DNA from: Candidatus Parvarchaeota archaeon | Lineage (GTDB): Archaea > Nanobdellota > Nanobdellia > WJKC01 | Length of the DNA stretch: 61,958 nt | Reading direction: 5' to 3' | Assembly (NCBI GenBank): GCA_017608505.1 | Contig: JAFCFT010000004.1 | Location: forward strand, 1 to 61,958 | Shown: in pieces, positions 10,387 to 20,631 of the stretch | Layout of the letters: every line of letters starts with the position of its first letter | How positions within the stretch are numbered: the first letter of the stretch is position 1 | The notes under the pieces: generated by a model | Seen by the model: only the letters and a program-made list of their open reading frames with translations | What the model was told of the DNA's origin: nothing | The model's database searches: none | Program-made: the position numbers and the translations under genes

Positions 10387-11016
10387 ATGAGGCGCGTATT
10401 ATTAGCAACAGGGAATAAGTTTAAACTTAATCAGATGCAGTTTGTTGCTGATTATTATAAGATACCTGTAAGGGTAGTGTCAGCAAGAGACATTTTTGGC
10501 GCTTTAGCAAAATATGAAAAAATAGGAGAAACGCCAGAACAAGTTGCGCTTCGCGGCGCAAAAATAATTTATGGCAAGATAAAAAGACCAATAGTAACTG
10601 AAGAAACTTTTCTTAAAGTCAAGGCATTAAATGGATTCCCAGGATTAAAAAGCATTGAATTTGTCAAGAAAAAAGGAAGAAAAGCCCTTCTTGCAATGAT
10701 GGAAGGCGAAAAAAACAGAAAAGCAACATTAGAAAGCGTGTGCGTATTCATTAATGAAAAAGGCAAAGTTAAAAAATTCAAGCACAAAATCAATGGAGTG
10801 ATAACTGAAAAAGAACGCTGGATTAAGGGGCCTTTATGGGTAAGCCCTGAAGAAGAGGAATGGGGCGGTTGGTACAACGCAGTATTCCAACCAGAAGGTT
10901 CTAAAAAAACGCTTGCTGAAATGACTGCTGAAGAGCTAATAAAATGGGGCTACAGAGAAGGTTCTTTTGCAAAAGCATTAAAGCATATACATAAGGAGCC
11001 TGACCCTGAGTTATAG
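10387..11016 (+). CDS. Ham1/ITPase-family NTP pyrophosphatase (divergent)
   Basis: ATGN..K, ALNGFPG, KTLAEM. Confidence 0.8.
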   Translation: MRRVLLATGNKFKLNQMQFVADYYKIPVRVVSARDIFGALAKYEKIGETPEQVALRGAKIIYGKIKRPIVTEETFLKVKALNGFPGLKSIEFVKKKGRKALLAMMEGEKNRKATLESVCVFINEKGKVKKFKHKINGVITEKERWIKGPLWVSPEEEEWGGWYNAVFQPEGSKKTLAEMTAEELIKWGYREGSFAKALKHIHKEPDPEL

Positions 11017-12438
11017 TTGCTTAAGTAATTTCTTTTTGATTATTTCCCTAACCTTGTTTGGCTCTGCTTGGCCTTTTGTTTCTTTCATCACTTGGCCTAC
11101 AAGGAAGTGAAGCGCTTTTTCTTGGCCGCTCTTGTAGTCCTTAACAGCTTCTGCATTTTCTTTAATGACCTTTTTCACAACACCTAATAACTCTTCAGTC
11201 TTGCTGATGCGCCGAAGGCCTTGCTCAGCAACAAGAGTTTTAGGGCTTTTTGAAGTGTCAACATAGGCTTTTACAAGCTCTTTGGCCATTCTAGCTGTTA
11301 TTATTTTTTCATCCATTAATTTGAAAAGCTCAAGAAATTCGCTGACTTTAACATTTGACTCTCTTAAAGTAATGCCATGGTAATTAAATGACTTTAAAAG
11401 CTCTGTGACAATCCATTTAGCTATAGTGACAGGCTCTCCATATTCTTTAACGCATTCTTCATAAAAGTCAGCCAAAGCTTTATCATTTATTAATGCATTT
11501 GCCTGCTCTTGATTTAACCCGTAGTCTTTGACAAAACGTTTGGCGCGTTCATCTGGCAGCTCTGGCAAAGATGCTTTAATTTGTTTTATTAATTCAGAAG
11601 ATATGCTAATCCATGACAAGTCAGGGTCAACAATATAACCATAATCTTCCTCAGTTTCTTTGGTTCGCAATGCATGAGTTAAGCCTGTCTTTGGATTATA
11701 GTGTCTTGTTTCCCGCATTGGCTTAACGCCCCTTCTTAACATATTTTTGTGGCGCGTGACTTCGTATGACAATGCTTTAACAACAGCCTTGATGCCAGAT
11801 ATGTTTTTAACTTCTGTGCGTTCAGTCCCTGTAATGTTCACATTGGCATCGCTTTTTAATACATAATTAGTTATGTCATAAACGCCCAAGTGTTCTAAGA
11901 TGCTTACCAACTTGCTTAGATATGCTCTTGCTTCTTGCGGGCTTTCAATATCTGGCTCTGTCACAATTTCAATTAATGGCACTCCGCTGCGATTGTAATC
12001 TACAAGAACGTACTCTGCTTTTGTAATGTCGCCTCCAACATGGATAAGCTTTGCAGGGTCTTCTTCAATGTGAATTCGTCTGATGCGTATTTTTTTCTTT
12101 TTTCCTTCAAAGTCAAGCATTAAGTAGCCATCATATGCTAAAGGCATGTCATATTGCGTAATTTGATAGTTCTTGCACATGTCTGGATAAAAGTAAGACT
12201 TCCTGTTCCAAGGCACTAGCTTGTTAATTTTGCAGTTTAGGGCCAGCGCAACAGCTATTGCTTTTTCAAGCACTGCTTTATTTAAGCGCGGCTTTGTGCC
12301 AGGCAGTCCTAAACAAACATCGCATACTCTTGTGTTTGGCTTTTCAAGACCTATGGTTGGACATCCGCAAAATAACTTTGATTTTGTGTTTAATTGGACG
12401 TGAGTTTCAAGCCCTATAATCACTTTTGGTTCAGCCAT
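11011..12438 (-). CDS. gatB: Asp/Glu-tRNA amidotransferase subunit B
   Basis: IGLE.HVQL, YFYPD, IHIEED, DYNRSGVPLIEIVTEPD. Confidence 0.97.
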   Translation of the reverse strand: MAEPKVIIGLETHVQLNTKSKLFCGCPTIGLEKPNTRVCDVCLGLPGTKPRLNKAVLEKAIAVALALNCKINKLVPWNRKSYFYPDMCKNYQITQYDMPLAYDGYLMLDFEGKKKKIRIRRIHIEEDPAKLIHVGGDITKAEYVLVDYNRSGVPLIEIVTEPDIESPQEARAYLSKLVSILEHLGVYDITNYVLKSDANVNITGTERTEVKNISGIKAVVKALSYEVTRHKNMLRRGVKPMRETRHYNPKTGLTHALRTKETEEDYGYIVDPDLSWISISSELIKQIKASLPELPDERAKRFVKDYGLNQEQANALINDKALADFYEECVKEYGEPVTIAKWIVTELLKSFNYHGITLRESNVKVSEFLELFKLMDEKIITARMAKELVKAYVDTSKSPKTLVAEQGLRRISKTEELLGVVKKVIKENAEAVKDYKSGQEKALHFLVGQVMKETKGQAEPNKVREIIKKKLLKQL

Positions 12439-13813
12439 GAAGCGCCACCCCCGCATTAATTAACTTTTGCTCTTGCAAGTGGTCTGCCATCAAGTGCAGG
12501 CCTGCTGGCAGGCCGTCAATACTGCCGCAAGGGATTGAAAGCATTGGTATGCCTGCAAGATTTGGAGCAACTGTTAATACATCCATCATATAATTTTCAA
12601 TTGGTGAAAGCTTTTCTAATTCGTCAAAACGAGGGGCAAGCACAGGCATTGTAGGCGCTGCAAGCAAGTCGCACGTCTTAAATGCCTTCTTAAAATCATT
12701 GATTACTAAAGTCCTTACTTTTAATGCCTGCAGATAATATTTGCTTCTGTAACCGCTCATTCTCGCATAAGTTCCAAGAATGATTCTTCTTTTTGCTTCT
12801 TCTCCAAAGCCTTGCGCCCTGACTTTGCTGAAATATTCGTTAAAATTGCCTTCTAAAGGCAGCTCTAACCCATATCTCATGCCGCAAAATTTTGCAAGGT
12901 TTGTTGAAGCCTCGCTTGTTGCAGTAACGTAATAAGCAGGAAGGGCATATTTTGTCATTTTTAATGAGAGTTCTTTAATTTTGCACCCTTTATCTTCAAG
13001 TTTTTTTATTGCATCCCAAACCTTTTCAGCAATAACGTCTGACACGCCGTCAAAATACTCTTTTGGCACGCCAATAACAAAGCCCTTAATATTATCTATT
13101 TTTTCGTAGTTTGGAACATTTTCATTTAATGTTGTCTGGTCTTTTTCATCAAATCCTGCTATTACATTAAGCATCAAGGCAATCTCGCGAACAGTCTTTG
13201 CCATAGGCCCTATTTTATCAAGACTGTTGGCATAATCAATTAAGCCGTATCTAGAGACTCTGCCATACGTAGGAGTCAAACCGCATACACCGCAAAAACT
13301 TGCTGGAGAACTAATTGAACCGCCAGTTGATTCACCAATTGCGATGTGAGGCTCATCCAATACAGCAGTGATGCACCCAGCACCACCAGAAGAACCTCCA
13401 CATGAGCGTTCTATATCGTGCGGATTCTTTGGCACTTTAAAAGCGCAATTTGTTGAGAAACCGCCAAAGCCGAATTCATCCATGCATGTTTTGCCAATAA
13501 TAACGCCGCCTTCTGCCTTAATTCTAGCAACTACTGTGCTGTCAAAAGGTGGCTTGTAGTCACTTAGTATCCTAGAACCTGCAGTAGTCCTTACGTCCTT
13601 TGTGCACAAGGCATCTTTAACACTTACTGGCAAACCGTAAAGCCTGCCATTTGGCAGATTTTTTAATTGATTAAAAGCTTCTTCTTCGCAAATTGTTATA
13701 AAGCATTCGTATTTTTTGTCAATATCATAAAGTTTCTTAAATAGTTTTGAATAAAAGTCTTCTAAGTTAATTTCTCCTTTCTTTGCCTTTTTTATGAAAT
13801 CAAGCGCATTCAT
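12431..13813 (-). CDS. gatA: Asp/Glu-tRNA amidotransferase subunit A
   Basis: Amidase signature GGSSGG, TGGS, GFGEEAKRRIILG. Confidence 0.96.
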   Translation of the reverse strand: MNALDFIKKAKKGEINLEDFYSKLFKKLYDIDKKYECFITICEEEAFNQLKNLPNGRLYGLPVSVKDALCTKDVRTTAGSRILSDYKPPFDSTVVARIKAEGGVIIGKTCMDEFGFGGFSTNCAFKVPKNPHDIERSCGGSSGGAGCITAVLDEPHIAIGESTGGSISSPASFCGVCGLTPTYGRVSRYGLIDYANSLDKIGPMAKTVREIALMLNVIAGFDEKDQTTLNENVPNYEKIDNIKGFVIGVPKEYFDGVSDVIAEKVWDAIKKLEDKGCKIKELSLKMTKYALPAYYVTATSEASTNLAKFCGMRYGLELPLEGNFNEYFSKVRAQGFGEEAKRRIILGTYARMSGYRSKYYLQALKVRTLVINDFKKAFKTCDLLAAPTMPVLAPRFDELEKLSPIENYMMDVLTVAPNLAGIPMLSIPCGSIDGLPAGLHLMADHLQEQKLINAGVALHG

Positions 13814-14103
13814 ACTATCCTTGGCCCCTTAAAAAATCCTTTCTCTTTATGATTTGTATTTGCAAACACATCTTTAGTATCAAGGCATTCTTCTACTGAA
13901 TCTTCTCGCGCAACATTCACATTTTCTAAAGGATGCATGCTTGGCTTTACATTTTTAGTGTCAACTTCAGAAAGCTTATCAAACCAAGCAATAACATCGC
14001 CAATTTGTTTTGAGAACAACTTTATTTCTTCGTCACTTAATTTTAAGCGTGCAATCTCAGCAACATGCAGCAATTCATTCTCATTAACACCTTTCTTAGG
14101 CAT
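13810..14103 (-). CDS. gatC: Amidotransferase subunit C
   Basis: HVA.IARL, REDSV, FFKGPRI; coupled to gatA. Confidence 0.93.
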   Translation of the reverse strand: MPKKGVNENELLHVAEIARLKLSDEEIKLFSKQIGDVIAWFDKLSEVDTKNVKPSMHPLENVNVAREDSVEECLDTKDVFANTNHKEKGFFKGPRIV

Positions 14104-14136
14104 AGATGAAAGAATCAAGTATTCATTTAAAAAAGT

Positions 14137-14700
14137 TTATGCTTTAACAATTTCCCCATGCCCAGGAAGCAGCATCCTTGGTTTTAGGTCTTTAAGCCTT
14201 TGTATGCTTTGCTCCATACTTTGAGGGTCGCTGTATGGAAAATCAATCCTGCCAATTATGCCGTGGGCAAACAAAGTGTCGCCTGTAAATAAAATTTTAG
14301 CATTTTCTTCCCACAATGCTATTGAGCCTATGGTGTGGCCTGGAACTTCAAGCACCCTAAAATTTAGAAGGCCTGTGTTAATCATGTCTCCTTCTTTTAA
14401 AAATCTGTCTGGCGCTATTTTTTTGATTCTTATGCCTTCCCACGAAGGCCACACTCTCCAAAGAATGCTTAAAGGCTCAGCATCTGCCCAACCTATTAAA
14501 ACCTCGCAATTGCATCTTTCTTTTATCCTGCCAGCATGGAGTACATGGTCTGGATGAAAATGGGTAAGCACAAGCAAATCCACATCCCCTTGAAAATCAA
14601 CACCAGCATCAATTAGTGTTTTCTTTTTGTCATTAATATAATATGTATTGCAAGAGCCTTTATACAGAGTTATCTTATCTGTTATTTTTTGAACATCCAT
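14137..14700 (-). CDS. MBL-fold metallo-hydrolase
   Basis: THFHPDH, PGHT, FTGD, PGHG. Confidence 0.93.
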   Translation of the reverse strand: MDVQKITDKITLYKGSCNTYYINDKKKTLIDAGVDFQGDVDLLVLTHFHPDHVLHAGRIKERCNCEVLIGWADAEPLSILWRVWPSWEGIRIKKIAPDRFLKEGDMINTGLLNFRVLEVPGHTIGSIALWEENAKILFTGDTLFAHGIIGRIDFPYSDPQSMEQSIQRLKDLKPRMLLPGHGEIVKA

Positions 14701-15287
14701 AAGCCCACTCTAAAGTGCACAATTTCTTTCTTATGAAAAGCATAACTGTATTTTAATGGAAACTTGTAGCTGTCAATTATCATTGAAACAAATCCTTTTT
14801 TGCGAGCATAATTATTAATGAATTCGTGAGTCTCTAGATTATGTATCGAATACACACAATCGCATAATTCAAAAGCCTTATCTAAAAAGAATTTGTCGCT
14901 TACACCCCCTCTGACCATGAAAGGAGGATTCATAACAACAGTGTCGCAAGAGCCTGTAATTTCACGAACATCTTTTTTTATGAATTCTACATTGCTTAGC
15001 TTAAGTCTTGATGCGTTTTTCTCAGCAATTATTAAGGCGTCATCGTCAACATCAAATCCTCTGACTTTTTTTGCTCCAAGAAGCGATGCGCCAATACTTA
15101 AAATGCCTGTGCCGCATCCAAGATCATAAACAACTTTGCCTTTTATATCGCCATTCATGTGCGCAGTCCACAAAAGGGCTGCAGCAATGTTTGGAGGCGT
15201 CAAGTACTGGCGCAATTTTAATTTTGGCATTGGAAAACCAGCTACTTCTGAAAGCTTTCTTGACAATTCCCTTTGAGACTTAATCAT
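14682..15287 (-). CDS. METTL5-family N6-adenine RNA methyltransferase
   Basis: QYLTP, DLGCGTG, MNPPF, VYSIH. Confidence 0.88.
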   Translation of the reverse strand: MIKSQRELSRKLSEVAGFPMPKLKLRQYLTPPNIAAALLWTAHMNGDIKGKVVYDLGCGTGILSIGASLLGAKKVRGFDVDDDALIIAEKNASRLKLSNVEFIKKDVREITGSCDTVVMNPPFMVRGGVSDKFFLDKAFELCDCVYSIHNLETHEFINNYARKKGFVSMIIDSYKFPLKYSYAFHKKEIVHFRVGLWMFKK

Positions 15288-17092
15288 TTCCCCTCTTTTA
15301 GCAGTTTATTTAATATTTCTGAAACTGTTTTTCCATCAGCCCGTCCGCTGACTTCTTTCATTATTAGACCCATAAGCACCTTAGGGCTTAAGCCCTTGTT
15401 TTCACTAACAATTTTTTCAATGATTTTTTTCAATTCTTTGCGGCTCAATGCCTTGTACTCTCCGGAAACATCGTCCACACGCAATTCTGGTGCTTTGCAC
15501 AACTTAACAAGAATTGGAATCACTGCCTGCTTGGCAATCGCTCCTTTATCCAAAAGTGTAAGCAGATCTTTAAAGTGAGAATCGCTTAGCACTGCTGTGT
15601 CACATTTAAAGCGTTTTTTCACTTCTTTAGGAGCTTCTATCAATATGTGCGCTATAAACCTTGGCTCTAGATTTTTTAAAGCATTTACTAAAGAATAAAA
15701 CAATTCTAATCGAGGGCTTAAGATTAATGCGTCAATTAAAGCTTTTGGAAGGCCTAGTTTCTTTAATTTCTTTACTCGCTCTTGTTTCTTTTCTATCTTA
15801 AAAACTTTCTTAATATATTTTGAAGTTTTAATTAAAGGCACATCAGTTTCTGGATACATCCTTGCGCCTCCTGGAAGAGGCCTTGCATAAACTGAAGTGG
15901 CATCAGGCATTGCAATCCTCGTTTCTTCTGGCACTAAATCATTTAATAAATAAATGCGGTCCATTACAGCATCCAATGCTTTCTCAACTTCATCGCCGTC
16001 ACCTGCAATTATTAAAATTAAATCATCATCGTCTAGCTTTAGCTCGTTGCGTATGAGAACAAACTCTTCAACTAAATCATATTTTTCTAAGTTTTCGTCG
16101 CTGTGAATTATTCCTTTAACACCATATGCCCTTGCATAATCAGCAATTTCTGAACCTAATGTCTTTAATTCATTTAATCTTCTTTTAAACAAGCCTTTAA
16201 AACCAGGACATACTAATCCTAGTATTAGTTTTTTGTCTTTAACAATCTTTGACTTAGAATTTTCAAAAAACCCAGTTACATTTACTTTTCTTAACTTATA
16301 TCCTGTTAATTCATTTTTTAATGCAATAAGAGACTCTTGTCTTTCAACTTCTAACTCTATGAGTTTTTTGATATTTTTTATATCTTGAAAGCCTTTGATT
16401 TCGACGCGCGCGCCTCCTTTAACACTTATATTAATGTCTTGTCTTATTGTGCCAATGCCTCTTTGAGCATAGCCTGTAAGGCGCAACAACTCTCCTAAGG
16501 CAATTGCAACTTCATAAGCCTGCTCTGGACTCTTTATGTCTGGATGCGTTCCAATTTCTATTAAAGGGATGCCTAACCCGCTTAAATCGTAGCGCGTCCC
16601 GTATTTTTCTCTTTCAACAATCCGCGCTGATTCTTCTTCTAACTCCAAATCTTTTATGCGAACAGGTCCCTCGCTTGTATTAATTATAGATTTTTCAGTC
16701 CCAAGCCCAATCACCATTGTGCGCTGAAAGCCTGTGGTGTTGCTACCATCAATTACAGTTTTTCGCATCACATGCAATTCGTCTGGAATGCGCATCTTTA
16801 AGTGCTTTGCTATGCTTAAAGCAACCACTAGCGCTTCCTCATTGATCTTTAATGGCGGCTCGCTGTCTGTTTCAACTAAACAAACTGTGTCTTCATATAT
16901 GTCGTACTTGAATTTTTTTGAACGCGATGCCTCAAATTTCACTGCCTTGTCAATCTCGCCAGACTCGCCAGCAACAGCATGCATGTAGCGCGTAATAGTG
17001 CCTACTTTTTCCCCTTTATTTCCAGTCGCATCGCAATTGCAGAATAACTTGCGACTGCAAATCCTTTGATGAATTTCTAGACCGCACTTCAT
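15284..17092 (-). CDS. gatE: Glu-tRNA(Gln) amidotransferase subunit E
   Basis: CGLEIHQ, MRKTVIDGSNTTGFQRT, RGIGTIRQD, RMYPETD. Confidence 0.97.
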   Translation of the reverse strand: MKCGLEIHQRICSRKLFCNCDATGNKGEKVGTITRYMHAVAGESGEIDKAVKFEASRSKKFKYDIYEDTVCLVETDSEPPLKINEEALVVALSIAKHLKMRIPDELHVMRKTVIDGSNTTGFQRTMVIGLGTEKSIINTSEGPVRIKDLELEEESARIVEREKYGTRYDLSGLGIPLIEIGTHPDIKSPEQAYEVAIALGELLRLTGYAQRGIGTIRQDINISVKGGARVEIKGFQDIKNIKKLIELEVERQESLIALKNELTGYKLRKVNVTGFFENSKSKIVKDKKLILGLVCPGFKGLFKRRLNELKTLGSEIADYARAYGVKGIIHSDENLEKYDLVEEFVLIRNELKLDDDDLILIIAGDGDEVEKALDAVMDRIYLLNDLVPEETRIAMPDATSVYARPLPGGARMYPETDVPLIKTSKYIKKVFKIEKKQERVKKLKKLGLPKALIDALILSPRLELFYSLVNALKNLEPRFIAHILIEAPKEVKKRFKCDTAVLSDSHFKDLLTLLDKGAIAKQAVIPILVKLCKAPELRVDDVSGEYKALSRKELKKIIEKIVSENKGLSPKVLMGLIMKEVSGRADGKTVSEILNKLLKEGK

Positions 17093-17143
17093 ATCTTATA
17101 AACTTTTAAATGAAATCAAACTTAAAAATATTGATGCTGAAAT

Positions 17144-17608
17144 TTAAAGAGCTTTAGAAACAATATCTTTTTCCATTTCGTAATGTTTTATTTTAAATCC
17201 TAATTTTTTGTATAAACTAATCGCTGGTTTGTTATTTATTCTTACACCTAACTGAACTTTTGTTATCCCTTTATTCTTCATTAGTTCAATAAATCTATTC
17301 ATTAATTTTTGTGCGTACCCTCTCCTTCTGTATTCTTTTTTAATGTACAAATCATCAATATATGCACGCTTATGTTGATAATTAGCTTTTAAGATGGAGC
17401 CTATTAAGTATCCTACAATACTCTCGTTATCGATAGCGAACAATAGATATCTTCTATTTGTTTTTAAAATATTATAAAATTCCTCTTTAATTCTTTTAGG
17501 AGTTACTTCTAGCTTTTCTCCAGCTAATTGAGAGTAATCATTTAAGCCTTCAAGCCTTAGAATTTTATAATAATCAAAATCTGTTTTTTTAGCCATTCGT
17601 ATGTCCAT
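17144..17608 (-). CDS. GNAT acetyltransferase
   Basis: YRRRGYA motif A; N.PAISLYKKLGF. Confidence 0.9.
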   Translation of the reverse strand: MDIRMAKKTDFDYYKILRLEGLNDYSQLAGEKLEVTPKRIKEEFYNILKTNRRYLLFAIDNESIVGYLIGSILKANYQHKRAYIDDLYIKKEYRRRGYAQKLMNRFIELMKNKGITKVQLGVRINNKPAISLYKKLGFKIKHYEMEKDIVSKAL

Positions 17609-17682
17609 AGTAATTAAAGTATCACTGACATTGATATAATTTTTGTAAAAGTTTATAAATAACAATCGCAAAACAACGTAAC

Positions 17683-18273
17683 ATGAAAATACTTGAAAAA
17701 GGAACTTACAGAATAAATAATGAAGACGAATTAATAATAACTGAAGGGTGCTATTTTAAAGAAGGCTCGTTATATAATTCTAAAAACTTAGTGATAATAG
17801 GAGGCTACTTTGAAAGCCACTGTCTTGCTAATTCAAGAAGAATAACTGTTTATGGAGGCATATTTGAGCCGCTGTGCTTTACTAGTGCAACAGACGTGCA
17901 AGTAATAAATGGCAACTTTAAAGATTCATGTTTTTTGAATGCCAAAAACATACAATTGTTAGGAGGAAAGTTCGGCGAGCATTCTTTTTATAATGGAAAG
18001 CATATTAAAGGGTATTCTGATGGATCAATTAAGTCGTTGGCTAATATCAAGAAGACAAAATTAATAATCAAGACTCTAGACAACTTAATTTTTGAAAAGG
18101 GTTTTGAATCCAATATCCAAAGCGTAAAGATTTATGCTGTTAATACTAAAAATGAAATTAAAAATCACTTAATTAAAATTAGTGAAGATGATTTTAACAG
18201 GCTTTATGCGCCTGATATTGAAACGCTTGATGACAGAATTGAAGAGATTCTTAAAACAGGCTCCGCTCAGTGA
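17683..18273 (+). CDS. Hypothetical protein with five 18-aa repeats
   Basis: GGxF...F.N...I repeats; TTTATAAA at 17652. Confidence 0.75.
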   Translation: MKILEKGTYRINNEDELIITEGCYFKEGSLYNSKNLVIIGGYFESHCLANSRRITVYGGIFEPLCFTSATDVQVINGNFKDSCFLNAKNIQLLGGKFGEHSFYNGKHIKGYSDGSIKSLANIKKTKLIIKTLDNLIFEKGFESNIQSVKIYAVNTKNEIKNHLIKISEDDFNRLYAPDIETLDDRIEEILKTGSAQ

Positions 18274-19573
18274 ATTCGCCGGCAATGTTTGTGCTCATTA
18301 ATTTTTTGGCGTCTTCAAGGGTTTTTGAGTTGCCTAAGGCCCATACGAGCTTGACATAAGCTGTCTCAGGAATCATGTCAAGCAAGTTGCCCAGGACGCC
18401 TATGTTAACTAAGTCCCTGCCAGTTTCGTAAACATTCATGTTAATCCTGCCCCAAATGGTTTGAGAAGCCATGAATATGATGCCGCGTTTTGCAAAGCGC
18501 TTTAGCGCCATGAAATTTTCTTCATTCTCTTTTGAGAATTTGTCGTAACTCTTAATTGGGAAATGGCCAAGCCCAGTGCCTTCAATAACAAGGCCTTGGT
18601 ATTTGTTTTTAATAAGGGATTTTATGATGTCGCTTTTAAGACCTGGAAATGTTTTAATTATTGCCACTTTGTCGCAGACTTTGTTTTTAAAAATTAATTT
18701 GCGGGTCTTATCAACGCGCGCATAATCATTGCGCAAGATTTCTAATTCTAAAGAAGGGTATTTAACGCGTGCAAAAGGCTTGACTCCTATGCTTTTGAAA
18801 GCGTCGCGTCTGCTTGTGTGGCATTTCCTCACCCTGTTTCCTTGATGCAGTGCGCAAGAATTATCATTTAAGTCTTCATGCATGCAAACCATGACTTCTG
18901 CTATGTCGCTTGTTGCTGCTTTCACAGCGCACAATATATTCATGTGAGCGTCGCAAGATGCTCTATCAGGACTGCGCTGAGCGCCTACAAAGACAACAGG
19001 GATAGGTAAGTTTTGAAGAGCAAATGAGAGATACGCAGCAGAATAGCCAAGAGTATCTGTGCCATGAAGAACTACAACGCCGTCAGCACCTTCATTTATT
19101 GCGTCGCGGACTCCTTTTGCAATAAGAGCCCAATGGTGAGGAGTCATGCATTCGCTAAGCATTTGAAAAAGAATTTTTATACTAATGTTTGCAACATCAT
19201 TTATTCTTGGTGTGAAACTTAAGATTTCTTCAGGAGTTATTGCTGGTTTAACAGCGCCTGTCCTATAGTCGATTCTTGAAGCAATTGTTCCTCCAGCAGC
19301 TAAAAGGACTACATTTTTTTTCTTAGGGTCTTTTGCAAATTTGATTTTTGGAAGTTTTTCGCGTTTCATGGAGCCTAATCTTTTGACACTATCTGGCTTA
19401 ATTCCAATATTATAACCGTTTTCTAATTTAAGAACAAGGGTGTTTGGGTCGCCTTCAGTTCTTGGCATCAAGTAGCCCTTAACTTTAAAATTCTTAGAAG
19501 ATACTTCAATTAAATCATAAAGTTTGATTTTTTCGCGTTTAAGCAAGGACTGAATTTTCTTTGAGTAAGTCAT
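18251..19573 (-). CDS. gatD: Glu-tRNA(Gln) amidotransferase subunit D
   Basis: KLENGYNIG, GGTIASRIDY, HGTDT, RKCHTSRRDAF. Confidence 0.97.
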   Translation of the reverse strand: MTYSKKIQSLLKREKIKLYDLIEVSSKNFKVKGYLMPRTEGDPNTLVLKLENGYNIGIKPDSVKRLGSMKREKLPKIKFAKDPKKKNVVLLAAGGTIASRIDYRTGAVKPAITPEEILSFTPRINDVANISIKILFQMLSECMTPHHWALIAKGVRDAINEGADGVVVLHGTDTLGYSAAYLSFALQNLPIPVVFVGAQRSPDRASCDAHMNILCAVKAATSDIAEVMVCMHEDLNDNSCALHQGNRVRKCHTSRRDAFKSIGVKPFARVKYPSLELEILRNDYARVDKTRKLIFKNKVCDKVAIIKTFPGLKSDIIKSLIKNKYQGLVIEGTGLGHFPIKSYDKFSKENEENFMALKRFAKRGIIFMASQTIWGRINMNVYETGRDLVNIGVLGNLLDMIPETAYVKLVWALGNSKTLEDAKKLMSTNIAGEFTERSLF

Positions 19574-19613
19574 TAAAAAAGAAGAGATAAAATAATAATA
19601 AAAAAGTTTCTTT

Positions 19614-20363
19614 CTAGTCAAACCACCCGATGATGCGCTCTATAATGCCTCTGTTAGGGAATGTTTGTCCTGTTATTTTCTCTAATAGTTTCTTGTAAGC
19701 CCTAGCAGGCCTGCTTCTGCCGTACAAGTGAATTACTGGAACTCTCTTGTCTGTGCTTTTTTGCACATTATCATCAGGAGGGATTACTGCCAAAATGTCA
19801 ACTTTTAATGCTTTCTTAACTTTTTCAACATCTTCAGGCTCTAATTCTGCGTTGTTAAGAACAAGGCCTAAGATTTTCTTTTTCTTGCTTTTCACGTATT
19901 CAATAGTTCTTTTTGCTTCTAACAAGCTAGCCCATGTTGGATTGGCAACAATTATCACTTCGTCAACAGAATCTATTCCTGCTTTGGTCTCTTCGCCAAG
20001 AGTTGGCGGACAGTCCAAAAGTATGAAGTCTGTGTATTCTTTTAAGAACTTTATGATTTCTTTCATTTTTTTTGAATTCACTGCAACACCGTTTGAATTG
20101 TGGCTCGATGGGATCACTTTAAGACCAGAAGGATGAGCGTACACTGCATCAGCAACAGAAGCCTTGCCTACAAGTATATCGTTCAAGGTTGCAGGGAATC
20201 TGTAATTCCCCAAGTATAAACCAAGACTTGAACTAGTAACATTAGCATCTATCGCAACTACATTGTTGCCATAGTCAAATGCAAGGCTAGCCCCTATGTT
20301 TGCTGTTACAGTCGTTTTGCCAACCCCTCCTTTCCCGCTTACAATCCCTATAACCCTTGTCAT
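19614..20363 (-). CDS. minD: MinD-family ATPase
   Basis: SGKGGVGKTT deviant Walker A; DCPP. Confidence 0.9.
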   Translation of the reverse strand: MTRVIGIVSGKGGVGKTTVTANIGASLAFDYGNNVVAIDANVTSSSLGLYLGNYRFPATLNDILVGKASVADAVYAHPSGLKVIPSSHNSNGVAVNSKKMKEIIKFLKEYTDFILLDCPPTLGEETKAGIDSVDEVIIVANPTWASLLEAKRTIEYVKSKKKKILGLVLNNAELEPEDVEKVKKALKVDILAVIPPDDNVQKSTDKRVPVIHLYGRSRPARAYKKLLEKITGQTFPNRGIIERIIGWFD

Positions 20364-20527
20364 TTGTAAGCCCTCCTTCCATCGTTCGTTTGCGGAATTT
20401 CAGTGCAACTGTCATCAAGAATCGCACTTTCAAGTTTTTCCATTACTTTTTTCCCTGAAGTCTTTCTGAATTTTTTTGTTTTCGGGGCTCTTTTCCTCAT
20501 TTCCTCTAAAAATAAGTCAAAATCCAT
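20360..20527 (-). CDS. Small 55-aa ORF coupled to minD (not in ORF track)
   Basis: MDFDLFLEEMRKR...RRAYK*; ATGA overlap with the minD start. Confidence 0.55.
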   Translation of the reverse strand: MDFDLFLEEMRKRAPKTKKFRKTSGKKVMEKLESAILDDSCTEIPQTNDGRRAYK

Positions 20528-20588
20528 AAAATACTTCAGGAATGAAGGATTATTTAAGTATTATTAAAACGTAGAGTATATAATTTTT

Positions 20589-20615
20589 AAGGCCCCTGCA
20601 ATATGCAGGGGCTTT
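20589..20615. terminator. GC hairpin, possible terminator
   Basis: gcccctgca-ata-tgcaggggc just downstream of the minus-strand Cys-rich ORF. Confidence 0.4.
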
Positions 20616-20631
20616 AAAGGAAAGAAGGGGT

